Source: Promethearchaeota archaeon (GTDB taxonomy: Archaea > Asgardarchaeota > Lokiarchaeia > Sigyniarchaeales > SOKP01). From it: a stretch of DNA of 64,000 bases. Shown here piece by piece: positions 48,107 through 58,736 of the stretch (positions are counted from its first letter, which is position 1; each line of letters begins with the position of its first letter). Under the pieces are notes generated by a model. The model saw nothing but the letters and a program-made list of their open reading frames with translations, was not told the origin of the DNA and ran no database searches. The DNA lies in the NCBI GenBank assembly GCA_019058245.1, contig JAHPZJ010000030.1:32001-96000 (forward strand), read 5' to 3'. A program made the translations under genes and the position numbers.

Positions 48107-49048
48107 ATGTTAAGTGATCCAGAACCCTATGAAAGCTCAATTGCAGATGTTAAAATCTTAGAGGATGAAATATTCCCAATAAATGAAGCATTTCTGAAAA
48201 TATTTGGAGACGATAAAGATCTAAAACTAAACTCAATCAAATTAGCTATTGGCAGCAATTACAATGACTATGTTACAATTGAAGAGAGTGATTTAGTTAA
48301 ATTTGACGTTAAACCAACTCTTACTGGTTTATTAGATTTTATCAAAGGTAATAGGGAAAGTATTTTAGGATTTTTAGATTGTGAATATATTAGTGAAGAA
48401 GGTAATGTTATTTACTTAAATTGTGGAAAAAAGAATGTATCTGAGAATGTGTATTCTATAAAAGTCCTGATTCTAGCTTCTATGCAACAGAGAGGATTTT
48501 TTCTTCAGCAAGAACACAAATACTATGGTCTTCAGCTTTATATTATTATAGAATCAAGAACACCTAATGATAATTTATTGCTTGAGTTATTAAAAGAATT
48601 AAATATAGATTGGGAAGTAATGTTTTTTAGAAGAAAACTGGCAATTCATGATTGGACTGAGATTGAATGTGAAAAAAACTCTGAAAATCTTAAAAGTTTT
48701 CTTCGTGCTAAATATGAATCTTTAAATTATTTTGATGTGAATAATATTATTCGTCTAGTTGTTAAAAATCAATTGCCATTCAAAGTAGCAAATAAAATGG
48801 CTTCTTTATTATATAAAATGAAAAGTGAAAGATCCCTTAGATTTCATGAAAAAAAATTCCAGGAAAATCCATATGAAAATGACCCGGTACAACAAGATGA
48901 ATATTCCATAACTCTTAAAAAAGCAGAAGTAGCTGCTGCAGCAAAATTAGCATGTGCATATTTAGGAATTCAAAAGAAAATTAAATTCGATAGAGATATT
49001 TCTGTGGATGAAATACTGAAATATGAAGCAGAAATAAATAATATGTGA
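48107..49048 (+). CDS. Hypothetical protein (may extend 5' to ~47960)
   Basis: 313-aa ORF; frame open upstream to 47912; no recognised motif. Confidence 0.7.
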   Translation: MLSDPEPYESSIADVKILEDEIFPINEAFLKIFGDDKDLKLNSIKLAIGSNYNDYVTIEESDLVKFDVKPTLTGLLDFIKGNRESILGFLDCEYISEEGNVIYLNCGKKNVSENVYSIKVLILASMQQRGFFLQQEHKYYGLQLYIIIESRTPNDNLLLELLKELNIDWEVMFFRRKLAIHDWTEIECEKNSENLKSFLRAKYESLNYFDVNNIIRLVVKNQLPFKVANKMASLLYKMKSERSLRFHEKKFQENPYENDPVQQDEYSITLKKAEVAAAAKLACAYLGIQKKIKFDRDISVDEILKYEAEINNM

Positions 49049-49108
49049 TTTTATTTGATTTTTAAATTAATAAATAAAAAAACTTGAGAAATTAACAAAT
49101 CATTTTTT

Positions 49109-50104
49109 TTAATTTAGCTTATAAGATTGTTTTAATAGCTCGTGATTTACTTCTCCTACTGTAATACTTTTACCTGTATTGATATTTGTTATTGTGTATT
49201 TTGCGGGAGCAAATAATCCTGGATCAATCTCATAGAAATTATAATTTACGGCTTTAAAAGTATCGAGAAATGGTTTTCCGTAACTAGAGGATGTATTTGC
49301 CGGAGCTTTTTTAGCTAATTCGAATAATTCTTCTTCTTTTTCCTTGTCAACATTAATTGTATAATATGTCGATCCCGCAGTAATAATAGAGTCATTTGTA
49401 CGTCCCATCGCACCAAGATCATCTTTAGCAATAGGTGCAATGGTAGTGGTTCCAAAACCATGACTTATTACTTCTATAGGAAATTTAATTTCGTGTAATT
49501 TATGTATACCTGTTTCTACAATTCTAGCAGCAACCTGTATAGATCCTGTCAAACAGGCAGTTGGCGCACAAGCTGCATAAGTGTAGCTAGGATCAACTCC
49601 ACATTTTTTTGCCACAATATCCATAACTTCAGTATTTGGTAATTTTGGGGTTTCAAAAACAATCACAGCACAATTAGAATTATCAGTATAATTTATTTCT
49701 TCAAAAATCTTTTCTACCTTAGCCTTTGCGCGAGCAGGTCCAGATCCTAAAGATTGAAACACAACTTTTTTTTTTAATTGTCCTTCTTTTTCTACTTCTT
49801 TTTTCAGTTTAACACTCCATCCTGCTAACTGAGATGCCATACAGGAAATTATTGGTTCGGAAGTAAAAACATTTACGCTTGGTATGTAATGACCATCTAA
49901 ATCATAAGAAGAAAACTCAATTGTACCTAATCCCCCCATACAAATCTCTCCTAGAAGTTTCCCTCCGATCCAAGAAGCATTTGCCATATCGAGAATTGTT
50001 GAGTCATTATCTAGTTTATTAACTTTTACGTTATAAATCTCCTTATTTTCTATGATTTTATCAATTATTTGCTTAGTTAGTTCATTAATTTTTATATGGT
50101 GCAC
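49109..50104 (-). CDS. mch: Methenyl-H4MPT cyclohydrolase
   Basis: EICMGGLG, SQLAGW, GSGPARA, ARIVETG, MGRTND, IDPGLFAPA. Confidence 0.95.
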   Translation of the reverse strand: MHHIKINELTKQIIDKIIENKEIYNVKVNKLDNDSTILDMANASWIGGKLLGEICMGGLGTIEFSSYDLDGHYIPSVNVFTSEPIISCMASQLAGWSVKLKKEVEKEGQLKKKVVFQSLGSGPARAKAKVEKIFEEINYTDNSNCAVIVFETPKLPNTEVMDIVAKKCGVDPSYTYAACAPTACLTGSIQVAARIVETGIHKLHEIKFPIEVISHGFGTTTIAPIAKDDLGAMGRTNDSIITAGSTYYTINVDKEKEEELFELAKKAPANTSSSYGKPFLDTFKAVNYNFYEIDPGLFAPAKYTITNINTGKSITVGEVNHELLKQSYKLN

Positions 50105-50211
50105 TTATTTTCACTTTATTAAATTTACTTTTTTTAATTGAGTATTTATTATTATTTTGATAATGTAATATATTATAATATTAATTTTGCATTTATGACT
50201 TTCTTCCATTA

Positions 50212-51735
50212 ATGAAGATGAATGATTTAAAAAAAAAAATGGATAAGCTTTTTGAAGCAATTGAAATTGAAAAAAATTACTTCCTAATTAATATAAAGGA
50301 AAACAATTTATCTGTTCATATATACACTCATTTAGATTCTGATGGTTTAAGCTCAGGAGCAATTCTCGGTAAAGCATTGTACAGAGAAAATATACCGTTT
50401 CAAATTACAGTTTTACGTCAATTAGAGAAAGAAGAAATATTAAAAATAACCAAAAATGTTAGAGAATTAAAAAAATTCCTAATTTTTTCTGATTTTGGTA
50501 GTGGTCAATATCTAGAACTTCAAAATCAGCTAGTTTTAAATGAAAAATTTAAATCCTTTATTATACTCGACCATCATATTCCCCAGAAAGTATCTTCTAA
50601 AGAAGATATTGATTTGATCGAGGAAATTCATAAAAAAACTTTTCAATGGCAAATTAATCCCTATTTTTTTAATATTAATGGAAGTTCAGAAATATCTGGC
50701 GCAGGTATATGTTATTTATTTGCTAAGTCTTTAAATAAAAAAAATATAGATTTATCTTCAATCGCACTTATTGGAGCAATGGGAGATATTCAAAATCAGG
50801 GTCCAAATAAGTCTTTTTTAGGGATAAATACATATATTTTAGAAGATGCAAAAAATAGTGGACTTATTGAAATTACAAATGATTTGAATTTTTCTTCAAT
50901 AAAACCACTAAACGAAGCAATAGCTTATTCGAGTGAAATAAAATTGCCAGGATTAACAGGAGATGTTAATAGAACTCTGATATTTCTGCAAACTTTAGGT
51001 ATTTTGATGGAAGATTCAAATGGTAATATTCGCACATTAAATGAACTTAATCAAGATGAAAAACAAAAGATTTCTACTGCAATTATTGAATATGCCGCAA
51101 TGAAACTTGATGTTGAACCAAGTGCTATCGTTAAGAAATTAATTATTAACCGATATTTACTAAAAAATGAAATAGTTGGATCTGAATTTCATGATTTAAC
51201 AGAATTTTCCAATCTTTTGAATGCATGTGGACGAACCAATAGTGCGTCATTAGGAATTGCTATTGCGATGGGAGATAGAAAAAAGGCTTATCAGAAATCT
51301 CAAGAAGTGCATTCTAATTACAAAAAATCTTTATTTAACAGTATAAGGTGGATTCAGGATAATCATAAAATACAACATAAGGAATATATTCAATATTTTT
51401 TCGGAGAAGATGTTATCCCTGAAAATATTATTGGAACAGTTACATCTATGCTAGTATTCGAGAAATTTGAAGGTTTTGATATAACAAAACCAATTTTTGG
51501 TTTAGCAAAAAGAGAAGGTGAAAATATTTATAAAGTATCAGGAAGAGCACATGATAAAATAGTATCAAAAGGGGTAAATCTTTCTCAAGCTATTAGAGAG
51601 GCATGTGAACTTTCAAATTTAGATGTATTAGGTGGTGGACATCCCCCAGCAGCAGGAACAAAAATTCCTATTGATAAATCGGACGAGTTTCTGGAAAATT
51701 GTAACATAATTATTGAAAGCCAATTAAATAAATAA
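50212..51735 (+). CDS. recJ: RecJ/Cdc45-like DHH phosphoesterase
   Basis: HLDSDG, DFGSG, LDHH, GAMGD, GGGHPPAAG. Confidence 0.9.
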   Translation: MKMNDLKKKMDKLFEAIEIEKNYFLINIKENNLSVHIYTHLDSDGLSSGAILGKALYRENIPFQITVLRQLEKEEILKITKNVRELKKFLIFSDFGSGQYLELQNQLVLNEKFKSFIILDHHIPQKVSSKEDIDLIEEIHKKTFQWQINPYFFNINGSSEISGAGICYLFAKSLNKKNIDLSSIALIGAMGDIQNQGPNKSFLGINTYILEDAKNSGLIEITNDLNFSSIKPLNEAIAYSSEIKLPGLTGDVNRTLIFLQTLGILMEDSNGNIRTLNELNQDEKQKISTAIIEYAAMKLDVEPSAIVKKLIINRYLLKNEIVGSEFHDLTEFSNLLNACGRTNSASLGIAIAMGDRKKAYQKSQEVHSNYKKSLFNSIRWIQDNHKIQHKEYIQYFFGEDVIPENIIGTVTSMLVFEKFEGFDITKPIFGLAKREGENIYKVSGRAHDKIVSKGVNLSQAIREACELSNLDVLGGGHPPAAGTKIPIDKSDEFLENCNIIIESQLNK

Positions 51736-51762
51736 TAATATTTTTATTTTTAAAGAATAATT

Positions 51763-53070
51763 TTAGACTTGATATACTTCTCCCGTTTCAGGAGCTACTG
51801 AATTATAATTTTTATTAGCCAATTCACTTGCTAAGTAAGTAGTTGATTTATTGTCCCCATGAATACAAAAAATATCTCTATTTGAATTTTCTCGGAAATC
51901 TAAACCTTTAATATAATTATGGATTTGGATATTATCAGAGTGGCTTGAAAAATCGAAGTAATCATATTCACATCTAGCTTCGATATTTAAATCAAATGAA
52001 TTTTTCCGATTTCTTCTTGATTCCTTAAATTCAAAAATTCCATTGTCTAATAATTTCCTTCCTGGTGTTCCTTCTACTTGATACCCAACTAAATATACTG
52101 CTGAAAAGGGATCTGGTAAGATTGATTGGATATAATCAATTGCATTACCTCCTTTAAGCATTCCAGAAGGTGAAATAATGACACCATTTTTATTTTTAAT
52201 ATTTGCCCTAATTTTAGCTTTAGAAACAAATTGAGTTTTCTTTAAGGCTTTTTTAAATAAATCGATATTTTTTATAAAATCGGGGTAATTTAAATATAAC
52301 ATTGATATTTTTCTTGCTAAACCATCAATAAAAATTGTTCCATCATAATTATATTTTTCCAAAATTAACATTGCTTCTTGAGAGCGTGCAACTCCAAATG
52401 CTGGAATTAAAACTTTCCCACCGTTATCAGTAATATTAAAAATTTTTTCCACAAACTCTTTTTCCAATTTTTCTCTTGGAGGATGTTGCTTAAGAGCATA
52501 TGTAGATTCTATAATCAAGGTATCTATCTCAGGGATATTCCGAGAATTTGCTGAATTTGTTAAATTAGTAGTTTGCAAATTGATATCACCTGAATATAAA
52601 ATCTTTTTATTATCTACTTCAATTAAAATGGATACACTTCCAGGAATGTGGCCTGCGTTAATAAATGTTATAAAAAAATTATCATGAATCTTTTGACGAT
52701 TTCCATTTTTTAGAAAAATAGAATTTTGTACTAAAGAATCTAATTCTCGATACCCAAATGGATAATTAAAATTTGATATTTTAATCATATCTTTTATCAG
52801 AACTTCTGATACAGCTAGACTGATTGAATTTGTAAAAAAAGGGATATTTTTAGTCTTATATAAAAAAGGTAGGGCACCAGAATGATCAATATGGCAATGA
52901 GTTAAAGCAACTGCTTTTAGATTATCTATATTTGTTTCGTATGGGAGCCTTTCATCTCCATGAAATCGTATCCCATAATCCAACATACATTTAACACCAC
53001 TTTTAGATTCGACTAGAATAGCACTACGTCCGACTTCTCTACATCCTCCTAGAAATGAAATATTTACCAT
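51763..53070 (-). CDS. MBL-fold beta-CASP ribonuclease
   Basis: GGCREVGRS, THCHIDHSG, AGHIPG, ESTY, FSSHSD, HGD. Confidence 0.92.
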   Translation of the reverse strand: MVNISFLGGCREVGRSAILVESKSGVKCMLDYGIRFHGDERLPYETNIDNLKAVALTHCHIDHSGALPFLYKTKNIPFFTNSISLAVSEVLIKDMIKISNFNYPFGYRELDSLVQNSIFLKNGNRQKIHDNFFITFINAGHIPGSVSILIEVDNKKILYSGDINLQTTNLTNSANSRNIPEIDTLIIESTYALKQHPPREKLEKEFVEKIFNITDNGGKVLIPAFGVARSQEAMLILEKYNYDGTIFIDGLARKISMLYLNYPDFIKNIDLFKKALKKTQFVSKAKIRANIKNKNGVIISPSGMLKGGNAIDYIQSILPDPFSAVYLVGYQVEGTPGRKLLDNGIFEFKESRRNRKNSFDLNIEARCEYDYFDFSSHSDNIQIHNYIKGLDFRENSNRDIFCIHGDNKSTTYLASELANKNYNSVAPETGEVYQV

Positions 53071-53263
53071 ATTTTAATATTTCAATAATTATTATAAGCT
53101 TCTATAAAAGTAATTATATTCTTTAAACAAATTAGAAAATAATAATCTTATCAAATACAAAAATTACTATTTTGTAAATTCTTTCAAAAAATCAAAAGTC
53201 TTTTGGATATATCATTTGATCAAATTATTTTAGAAAAAAAAGAAGATCCTAAAATAAAAAAAA

Positions 53264-54025
53264 TTATTGAATTTTCTTTATGCTATTTGTTATCAAAGCA
53301 ATTACGTTACTTACATTTTTGCCAAAAATTTCTAAAATTTCTTCCCAAGTAACAGGTACTTCGTCATCTTTCCAACAATCATAATCCGTAGACATAGCAA
53401 CTGCCGCATAAGGTATAGATGCTTCATTTGCTAAAATTGTCTCAGGAGCGATGCTCATATTTATTACATCAGCTCCCCATAATCGAAACATTTCTGATTC
53501 AGCCCTAGTAGAAAACCTTGGTCCTTCAATAGTAATTACAGTTCCTTTTTCATGGTGTTTAAGATTAAGCTCCTTTGCTGTTTCAATAAGGATCTGTCTT
53601 AACTCATCTGAATAAGGATATGCCATCGCAGTGTGTTTAGCATCTCCAGGTGAAAACTGTTCAAAAAAAGTAACTTTTCTAAGTCTAGTAAAATCAATAA
53701 ATTGATCGACAATAACTAAATCCCCTCTACCAATTTTTTCTCGCAAACTCCCACAAGCTGTAGTGGCTAAGATATGAGTACACTCCTGATCTTTCAATGC
53801 TTGTATGTTAGCTCTATAATTTACATATGTTGGTGGAATTGTATGTTCTCTTCCATGTCTAGCTATGAGAACCACATCAACATTCTCAATCTTCCCAATC
53901 TTTAAAGGAGATGAAGGGTTTCCATATGGAGTATCAACTTCAATATCTACACCATCTTTTAAAATATCCGGATTATCTAATCCTGAACCTCCAATTAATC
54001 CTATTTTAACCATAAAATTGATCAA
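53264..54025 (-). CDS. mtnP: S-methyl-5'-thioadenosine phosphorylase
   Basis: IGGSG, RHGREH, EGPRFSTRAES, STDYDCW; likely ATG at 54013. Confidence 0.92.
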   Translation of the reverse strand: MINFMVKIGLIGGSGLDNPDILKDGVDIEVDTPYGNPSSPLKIGKIENVDVVLIARHGREHTIPPTYVNYRANIQALKDQECTHILATTACGSLREKIGRGDLVIVDQFIDFTRLRKVTFFEQFSPGDAKHTAMAYPYSDELRQILIETAKELNLKHHEKGTVITIEGPRFSTRAESEMFRLWGADVINMSIAPETILANEASIPYAAVAMSTDYDCWKDDEVPVTWEEILEIFGKNVSNVIALITNSIKKIQ

Positions 54026-54111
54026 CTAAAATTTCAATTATATATTTATAATAATTATGATAGCTCAAATTTTATTTTATTATATTTTAATTAAAATAAA
54101 AACGCTATGAT

Positions 54112-54981
54112 TTGATTATGAGGAATGAAAAAGAAATTGTTGAGATAGGAATTATTGGTGGAACGGGATCTGATATAACTCTAGAAAATAAAAAAGAAAT
54201 GAAAGTATATACTCCTTATGGATGTACATCAGCAGCAATAATTATTGGTGATTTTAAGGGAAAGAAGATAGCATATTTTCCTAGACATGGTATAGGACAT
54301 TCCATTCCACCACATAACTTAAATTATCGAGCAAATATTTGGGCATTAAAAGAATTAGGTGTAAAATTTATTATCTCTCCATCAGCTGTAGGCTCTCTAA
54401 GATTAGAACATAAAAAAGGTAAATTTATATTAGTAGACCAATATATTGACCGAACTAAAAAACGTTTTGATACATTTTACGAGGGTGGACAGGTTTGCCA
54501 TATTGGACAGGCAGATCCGTATTGCAATTATTTAAATGAATTATTTTTTGAAAGTGGAAAAGATATTGGAATTGAGATTCAAAAGGGTGGGACTTATGTG
54601 TGTATTGAAGGTCCTAGATTTTCAACTAGATCCGAGTCAAAAATGTTTAGAGAATGGGGTGGGGATGTAGTAGGGATGACAACTTATCCTGAAGTGGTTT
54701 TATCTGCTGAGAAGGAAATATGCTATTGTTGTATTTCCATGGTCACGGATTTAGATGTATGGGCAGGAGAATGCCCTAAATGTGGCGTAGTAGAATATGG
54801 AAATTTATGTAAAGAATGTGGAAGTTCTATAAATAAATTGGAAGTTAATGTACCGGAGGTTCTAGAAACCATATCCAGAAACGCTGCTAACCTAAAAAAA
54901 ATATTAGAGATTACTATTACTAAAATTGACACTAAAAGAGATTGTAGTTGTTTCCATACATTATCAGATGCTATAATTTGA
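54112..54981 (+). CDS. mtnP: Second MTA phosphorylase-family enzyme with zinc-ribbon insertion
   Basis: IIGGTG, PRHG, EGPRFSTRSES, TDLDVW followed by CPKC...CKEC. Confidence 0.85.
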   Translation: MIMRNEKEIVEIGIIGGTGSDITLENKKEMKVYTPYGCTSAAIIIGDFKGKKIAYFPRHGIGHSIPPHNLNYRANIWALKELGVKFIISPSAVGSLRLEHKKGKFILVDQYIDRTKKRFDTFYEGGQVCHIGQADPYCNYLNELFFESGKDIGIEIQKGGTYVCIEGPRFSTRSESKMFREWGGDVVGMTTYPEVVLSAEKEICYCCISMVTDLDVWAGECPKCGVVEYGNLCKECGSSINKLEVNVPEVLETISRNAANLKKILEITITKIDTKRDCSCFHTLSDAII

Positions 54982-55094
54982 AAAATAAAAAATAATTATT
55001 ATATGTATGTTCAAAAATCTTAGTTAAAAATGGCAATTTAAACATAATAAGATTAATCTGTATAAAAATTAAAAAAGATCATAAATTCAATAAA

Positions 55095-56099
55095 GTGATT
55101 ATGAATAAAAGCAAAGTTTTGGTTCTTGGGTCGTTAGCTTTTGATTATATTATGGGATTTAAGGAGAATTTTATTAATGCTGTCTCAGTTAACCATGAAA
55201 AGGAAGAATATCAAAGCACTATTACTGCAGATAGTCGCCAACAATTTTTTGGTGGTACTGCAGGCAATATCGCTTATAATTTAGGTTTATTAAATATAAC
55301 AGAAGTATTTTTACTGGGTTCAGTAGGAAAAGATTTTGAGAGTTTAGGTTATAGAGATCATATAACACAATTTGATAATATTGAACTTGGTGTTGATGTT
55401 CATGAACAACTCTTTACTGCTGCTTGTTATATTGTAAATGATATAAAATCAAATCAAATGATCATCTTTCATGGAGGGGCATTAGATAAATGCAAGGAAA
55501 TCGATTTAAAAGATAAAATTAAAGATCCTGAAAACTATTCTTATGCTATCAATTCTACTCAGAGCGTTGATGCGATGAATTGTTTTTCAGAACAATTGTA
55601 TAATTTAAAAATACCAATTATTTTTGATCCAGGTCAAGTAACTCCTCTTTTTCCAAAAGAATTATTAATAAATAACATTAAAAAATCAGATATTCTAATT
55701 GGCAATATGTATGAAATAAGACAAATAATGAATAAAACAGGATTAAATATGGAGGAGTTAATTAAAATTATAAATGCTATTATTATCACTAAGGGATCAG
55801 AAGGATCAGAACTAATCTATAAAGACGCAAGAGAAAAGATATTTAGAACAAATATACCTATTGCCCCCCCAAATACTCTTATAGATACTACTGGAGCAGG
55901 CGATGGTTATCGAGCGGGAATATTATCAGGATTAACGTTAAATATGACTCTATTAGATTCTTGCAGATTAGGTGCTATAATTGGATCATTTGTAGTTGAA
56001 ACTAGTGGCGCTCAAACTCAGAGATTTGATATAAATGAAGTAAAAAAGAGATTTTTTAAAGTATTCGGATATATTCCTCCACAATTAGAAAGAAGATAA
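55095..56099 (+). CDS. PfkB-family nucleoside (adenosine-type) kinase
   Basis: GSLAFD, GGTAGNIAY, FDPGQ, DTTGAGDGYRAG; purine-salvage context. Confidence 0.88.
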   Translation: MIMNKSKVLVLGSLAFDYIMGFKENFINAVSVNHEKEEYQSTITADSRQQFFGGTAGNIAYNLGLLNITEVFLLGSVGKDFESLGYRDHITQFDNIELGVDVHEQLFTAACYIVNDIKSNQMIIFHGGALDKCKEIDLKDKIKDPENYSYAINSTQSVDAMNCFSEQLYNLKIPIIFDPGQVTPLFPKELLINNIKKSDILIGNMYEIRQIMNKTGLNMEELIKIINAIIITKGSEGSELIYKDAREKIFRTNIPIAPPNTLIDTTGAGDGYRAGILSGLTLNMTLLDSCRLGAIIGSFVVETSGAQTQRFDINEVKKRFFKVFGYIPPQLERR

Positions 56100-56150
56100 A
56101 AAAATTAATTTTAGATAGGATATTTTTTATATTATTAGTTTAGCTTTGTT

Positions 56151-56678
56151 TTATTCTTCTACGGGAATCTCTATTAGGGTGAGAATATCATAATCCTTTA
56201 ATTTATCTCTGCCATGCAAACTTCCTGTTAATTCAATAATAAAAGCGATTCCTGCAACTTCACCAGCAGCCTTTTCAACTAAATTACATGCTGCTTTTGC
56301 TGTACCCCCTGTTGCCAATAAATCATCAAAAACTAAGACTTTATCCCCCTCTTCAATTGCATCAATATGCATTTCAATACTATCAGTCCCATATTCAAGT
56401 TCATATGTTTCACTTAGAGTTTTATATGGTAGTTTTCCTGGTTTTCTTATTAAAACGAACCCCGCACCTAAATGATAAGCAATAACGCCACCCCATACAT
56501 ATCCACGTGCTTCTATTGCTGCTACTTTAGTAATACCTTTTCCTCTGTAATGATCAATTATTTTATCACATGAATTTTTAAATGCAGCATGAACTTTTGC
56601 TAATGTGGTAATGTCTTTAAACTGTATTCCCTTAACTGGGAAGTCAGGTACATTTCTTATATAGTCTTCTAAATTCAT
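56151..56678 (-). CDS. apt: Adenine phosphoribosyltransferase
   Basis: PDFPVKGIQFKDIT, EARGY, RKPGKLP, DDLLATGGT. Confidence 0.96.
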   Translation of the reverse strand: MNLEDYIRNVPDFPVKGIQFKDITTLAKVHAAFKNSCDKIIDHYRGKGITKVAAIEARGYVWGGVIAYHLGAGFVLIRKPGKLPYKTLSETYELEYGTDSIEMHIDAIEEGDKVLVFDDLLATGGTAKAACNLVEKAAGEVAGIAFIIELTGSLHGRDKLKDYDILTLIEIPVEE

Positions 56679-56725
56679 TCTAATTCATTTTAAATTTATA
56701 AATTTAGAATTCAATTAATTAAATT

Positions 56726-56755
56726 TGATAATTAAAAATGATAATTAAAAATGAT
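56726..56755. repeat. 13-bp tandem repeat (TGATAATTAAAAA x2 plus partial)
   Basis: Read directly in the divergent apt/GTPase intergenic region. Confidence 0.6.
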
Positions 56756-56889
56756 TAATTATTCACATGATCAAATCTAAAAGATTCCAAATTTTCTTTT
56801 AATAATTAGAAAAAATTAAATAAAAATTAAAGTATAAAAAATATATTGAAGTTAAATAAAATACAAATTCTAAATCGGGTTGCATTTAA

Positions 56890-57846
56890 ATGAAAATATT
56901 ATTATTCGGTCCAGCTGGAGCAGGTAAGACATCACTAATGCGAACAACTTGTCTTGGGTATAATTTCATGAAAGTCTTAAACTTAAAACCTACCAAAGGT
57001 GTATCTCGAGAGAACTTTATTTTCCGTGGTATTATGGAACTCAACGTTTGGGATCTTGGAGGTCAAGAACGCTACATGGAACGATATTTTTCAGAATCTC
57101 AACGTGAGCTAATATTTTCAGAAGCAACAACTGCTGTTTTTATGGTTGATTCTGCTGCGATTGACCCTGAAGTACGTGAAATTTTTGAAAAATTCTTGAA
57201 ATATGTTATAGAATTTTCTCCTAAAATCAGCATGATTTATGTTTTATTGAATAAAATTGACTTAGATGATTCGAAAGAAGATGAATACTATGAAATACTA
57301 ACAAAGGATTTAAATAATGGTTTAATGGATAGAATCTCGTTTACTCCAGTATCAGTAAAAGAAGGGAGTGCTCAACATAGATTAATTGAAATTCTTGATT
57401 ACGAGATTCAAAAAAATACTTTATCGATGCAACGTTTAGGTAAGATACGCCATTTATTGGATGAGTTGAAAATTAATACTTTATCCGAATATCTTTTATT
57501 CAATCAACCCGATGGACTATTGATTTCCTCTACTTTTGGTAAGTTTGAATCAAAACCATTACAGTTTATGAAATTTGAAATTGGAACCTTAGATTCTAAT
57601 ATTTACAGTATCTATCAACAAATTATGGAACTTCAAAATGTATCAAGCCTATCTCCTTTATCTTTATCAACTGTAGTCTATGAATCAGATAATTGTTGGA
57701 TTTTAGTGAAGGAAGTAAGTAATGGAGCTGTTTTAATGGCAGTAACACGAAATAAGAGCCCAGAAGTTTTTTCTAGTGTTATGAACGCTTTAACAGGTGA
57801 AGAATTTAAAAATTTATCATTTTATTTGAGATCTGCTGATTACTGA
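56890..57846 (+). CDS. Rag/Gtr1-like GTPase with C-terminal roadblock-like domain
   Basis: GPAGAGKTS, LNVWDLGGQERYMERYF.ESQRELIF (RagA-like), NKID; C-terminal LLFNQPDGLLISS roadblock pattern. Confidence 0.85.
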   Translation: MKILLFGPAGAGKTSLMRTTCLGYNFMKVLNLKPTKGVSRENFIFRGIMELNVWDLGGQERYMERYFSESQRELIFSEATTAVFMVDSAAIDPEVREIFEKFLKYVIEFSPKISMIYVLLNKIDLDDSKEDEYYEILTKDLNNGLMDRISFTPVSVKEGSAQHRLIEILDYEIQKNTLSMQRLGKIRHLLDELKINTLSEYLLFNQPDGLLISSTFGKFESKPLQFMKFEIGTLDSNIYSIYQQIMELQNVSSLSPLSLSTVVYESDNCWILVKEVSNGAVLMAVTRNKSPEVFSSVMNALTGEEFKNLSFYLRSADY

Positions 57847-57896
57847 ATATAAGAAATGAAAAGAAAAAATTTGAGTTTATATAATTTTTATATTGT

Positions 57897-58736
57897 TTAT
57901 TCTTCTTTATCATTCAAGCCAATCTTTGATAAGAATATTTGTTTTTTGGCATGATGAGGCCTTCTAATTACTGTATCATTTGATTTTTCAATCTCTCTCG
58001 CTTTATCACACATTAGAGCTGCATTTCTCATCATTTCATGAGCTGCAGCTAATAATGGCATATAATCCGATCTTTCTTTCAATTGGAAGCATGCTTTTGC
58101 TGTTAATCTTGATACTGTAGCTGCAATTTCAAATGCAGCAATTGCTTTAGCTCTAGCGTAAGGATTAGAGAATTTAGCAGCTTCAGTTGCCTTATTTGCA
58201 TCAATAATAATATTAGGTAAAACAGGGGTTCTGACTTCAAGCATATCTAAAATAACTTTATTTAATTCTTCAGCAATAACCTGAAGTGCTCCGGTGATAG
58301 CCAAAACCTTTAATAAATCAGAGTTGAATATACTCATTTCAATATGATCAAGAAAAGGTCTACGTGCTCCGATCATACTATCACAATTCACTAATATATA
58401 CCCCATGTTCTTTTCTTTTATCTCATCAATAGACTTTTTAGCAGGGGCATCAGAAATTACTATGGTGGGAATATTTCCCGCCATTTCTCTCGCTGCTTTA
58501 GGCCCTGGTAATGCTGCATTTGGACTTGACATAATTATTAATTCAGGCCCCCATTTCAATAAATCCTCCATAGTTTTTGTGCATATTTCTGGAGGATGCA
58601 TTTTTGCACCAGAAGTAACTTCATGGACACTTATTCTTGTAGATTCAGCACGCTCATCCATTAAGAAAGCGAGAAGTAATGAGGACCCAATAGTTCCATT
58701 CTTCAAAATTCCAATTTTAAGTACTTTTTCGCTCAT
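57897..58736 (-). CDS. mtd: F420-dependent methylene-H4MPT dehydrogenase
   Basis: DERA, TSGAKM, SPNAALPGP, DSMIGARR, AAAHEMMR. Confidence 0.95.
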   Translation of the reverse strand: MSEKVLKIGILKNGTIGSSLLLAFLMDERAESTRISVHEVTSGAKMHPPEICTKTMEDLLKWGPELIIMSSPNAALPGPKAAREMAGNIPTIVISDAPAKKSIDEIKEKNMGYILVNCDSMIGARRPFLDHIEMSIFNSDLLKVLAITGALQVIAEELNKVILDMLEVRTPVLPNIIIDANKATEAAKFSNPYARAKAIAAFEIAATVSRLTAKACFQLKERSDYMPLLAAAHEMMRNAALMCDKAREIEKSNDTVIRRPHHAKKQIFLSKIGLNDKEE

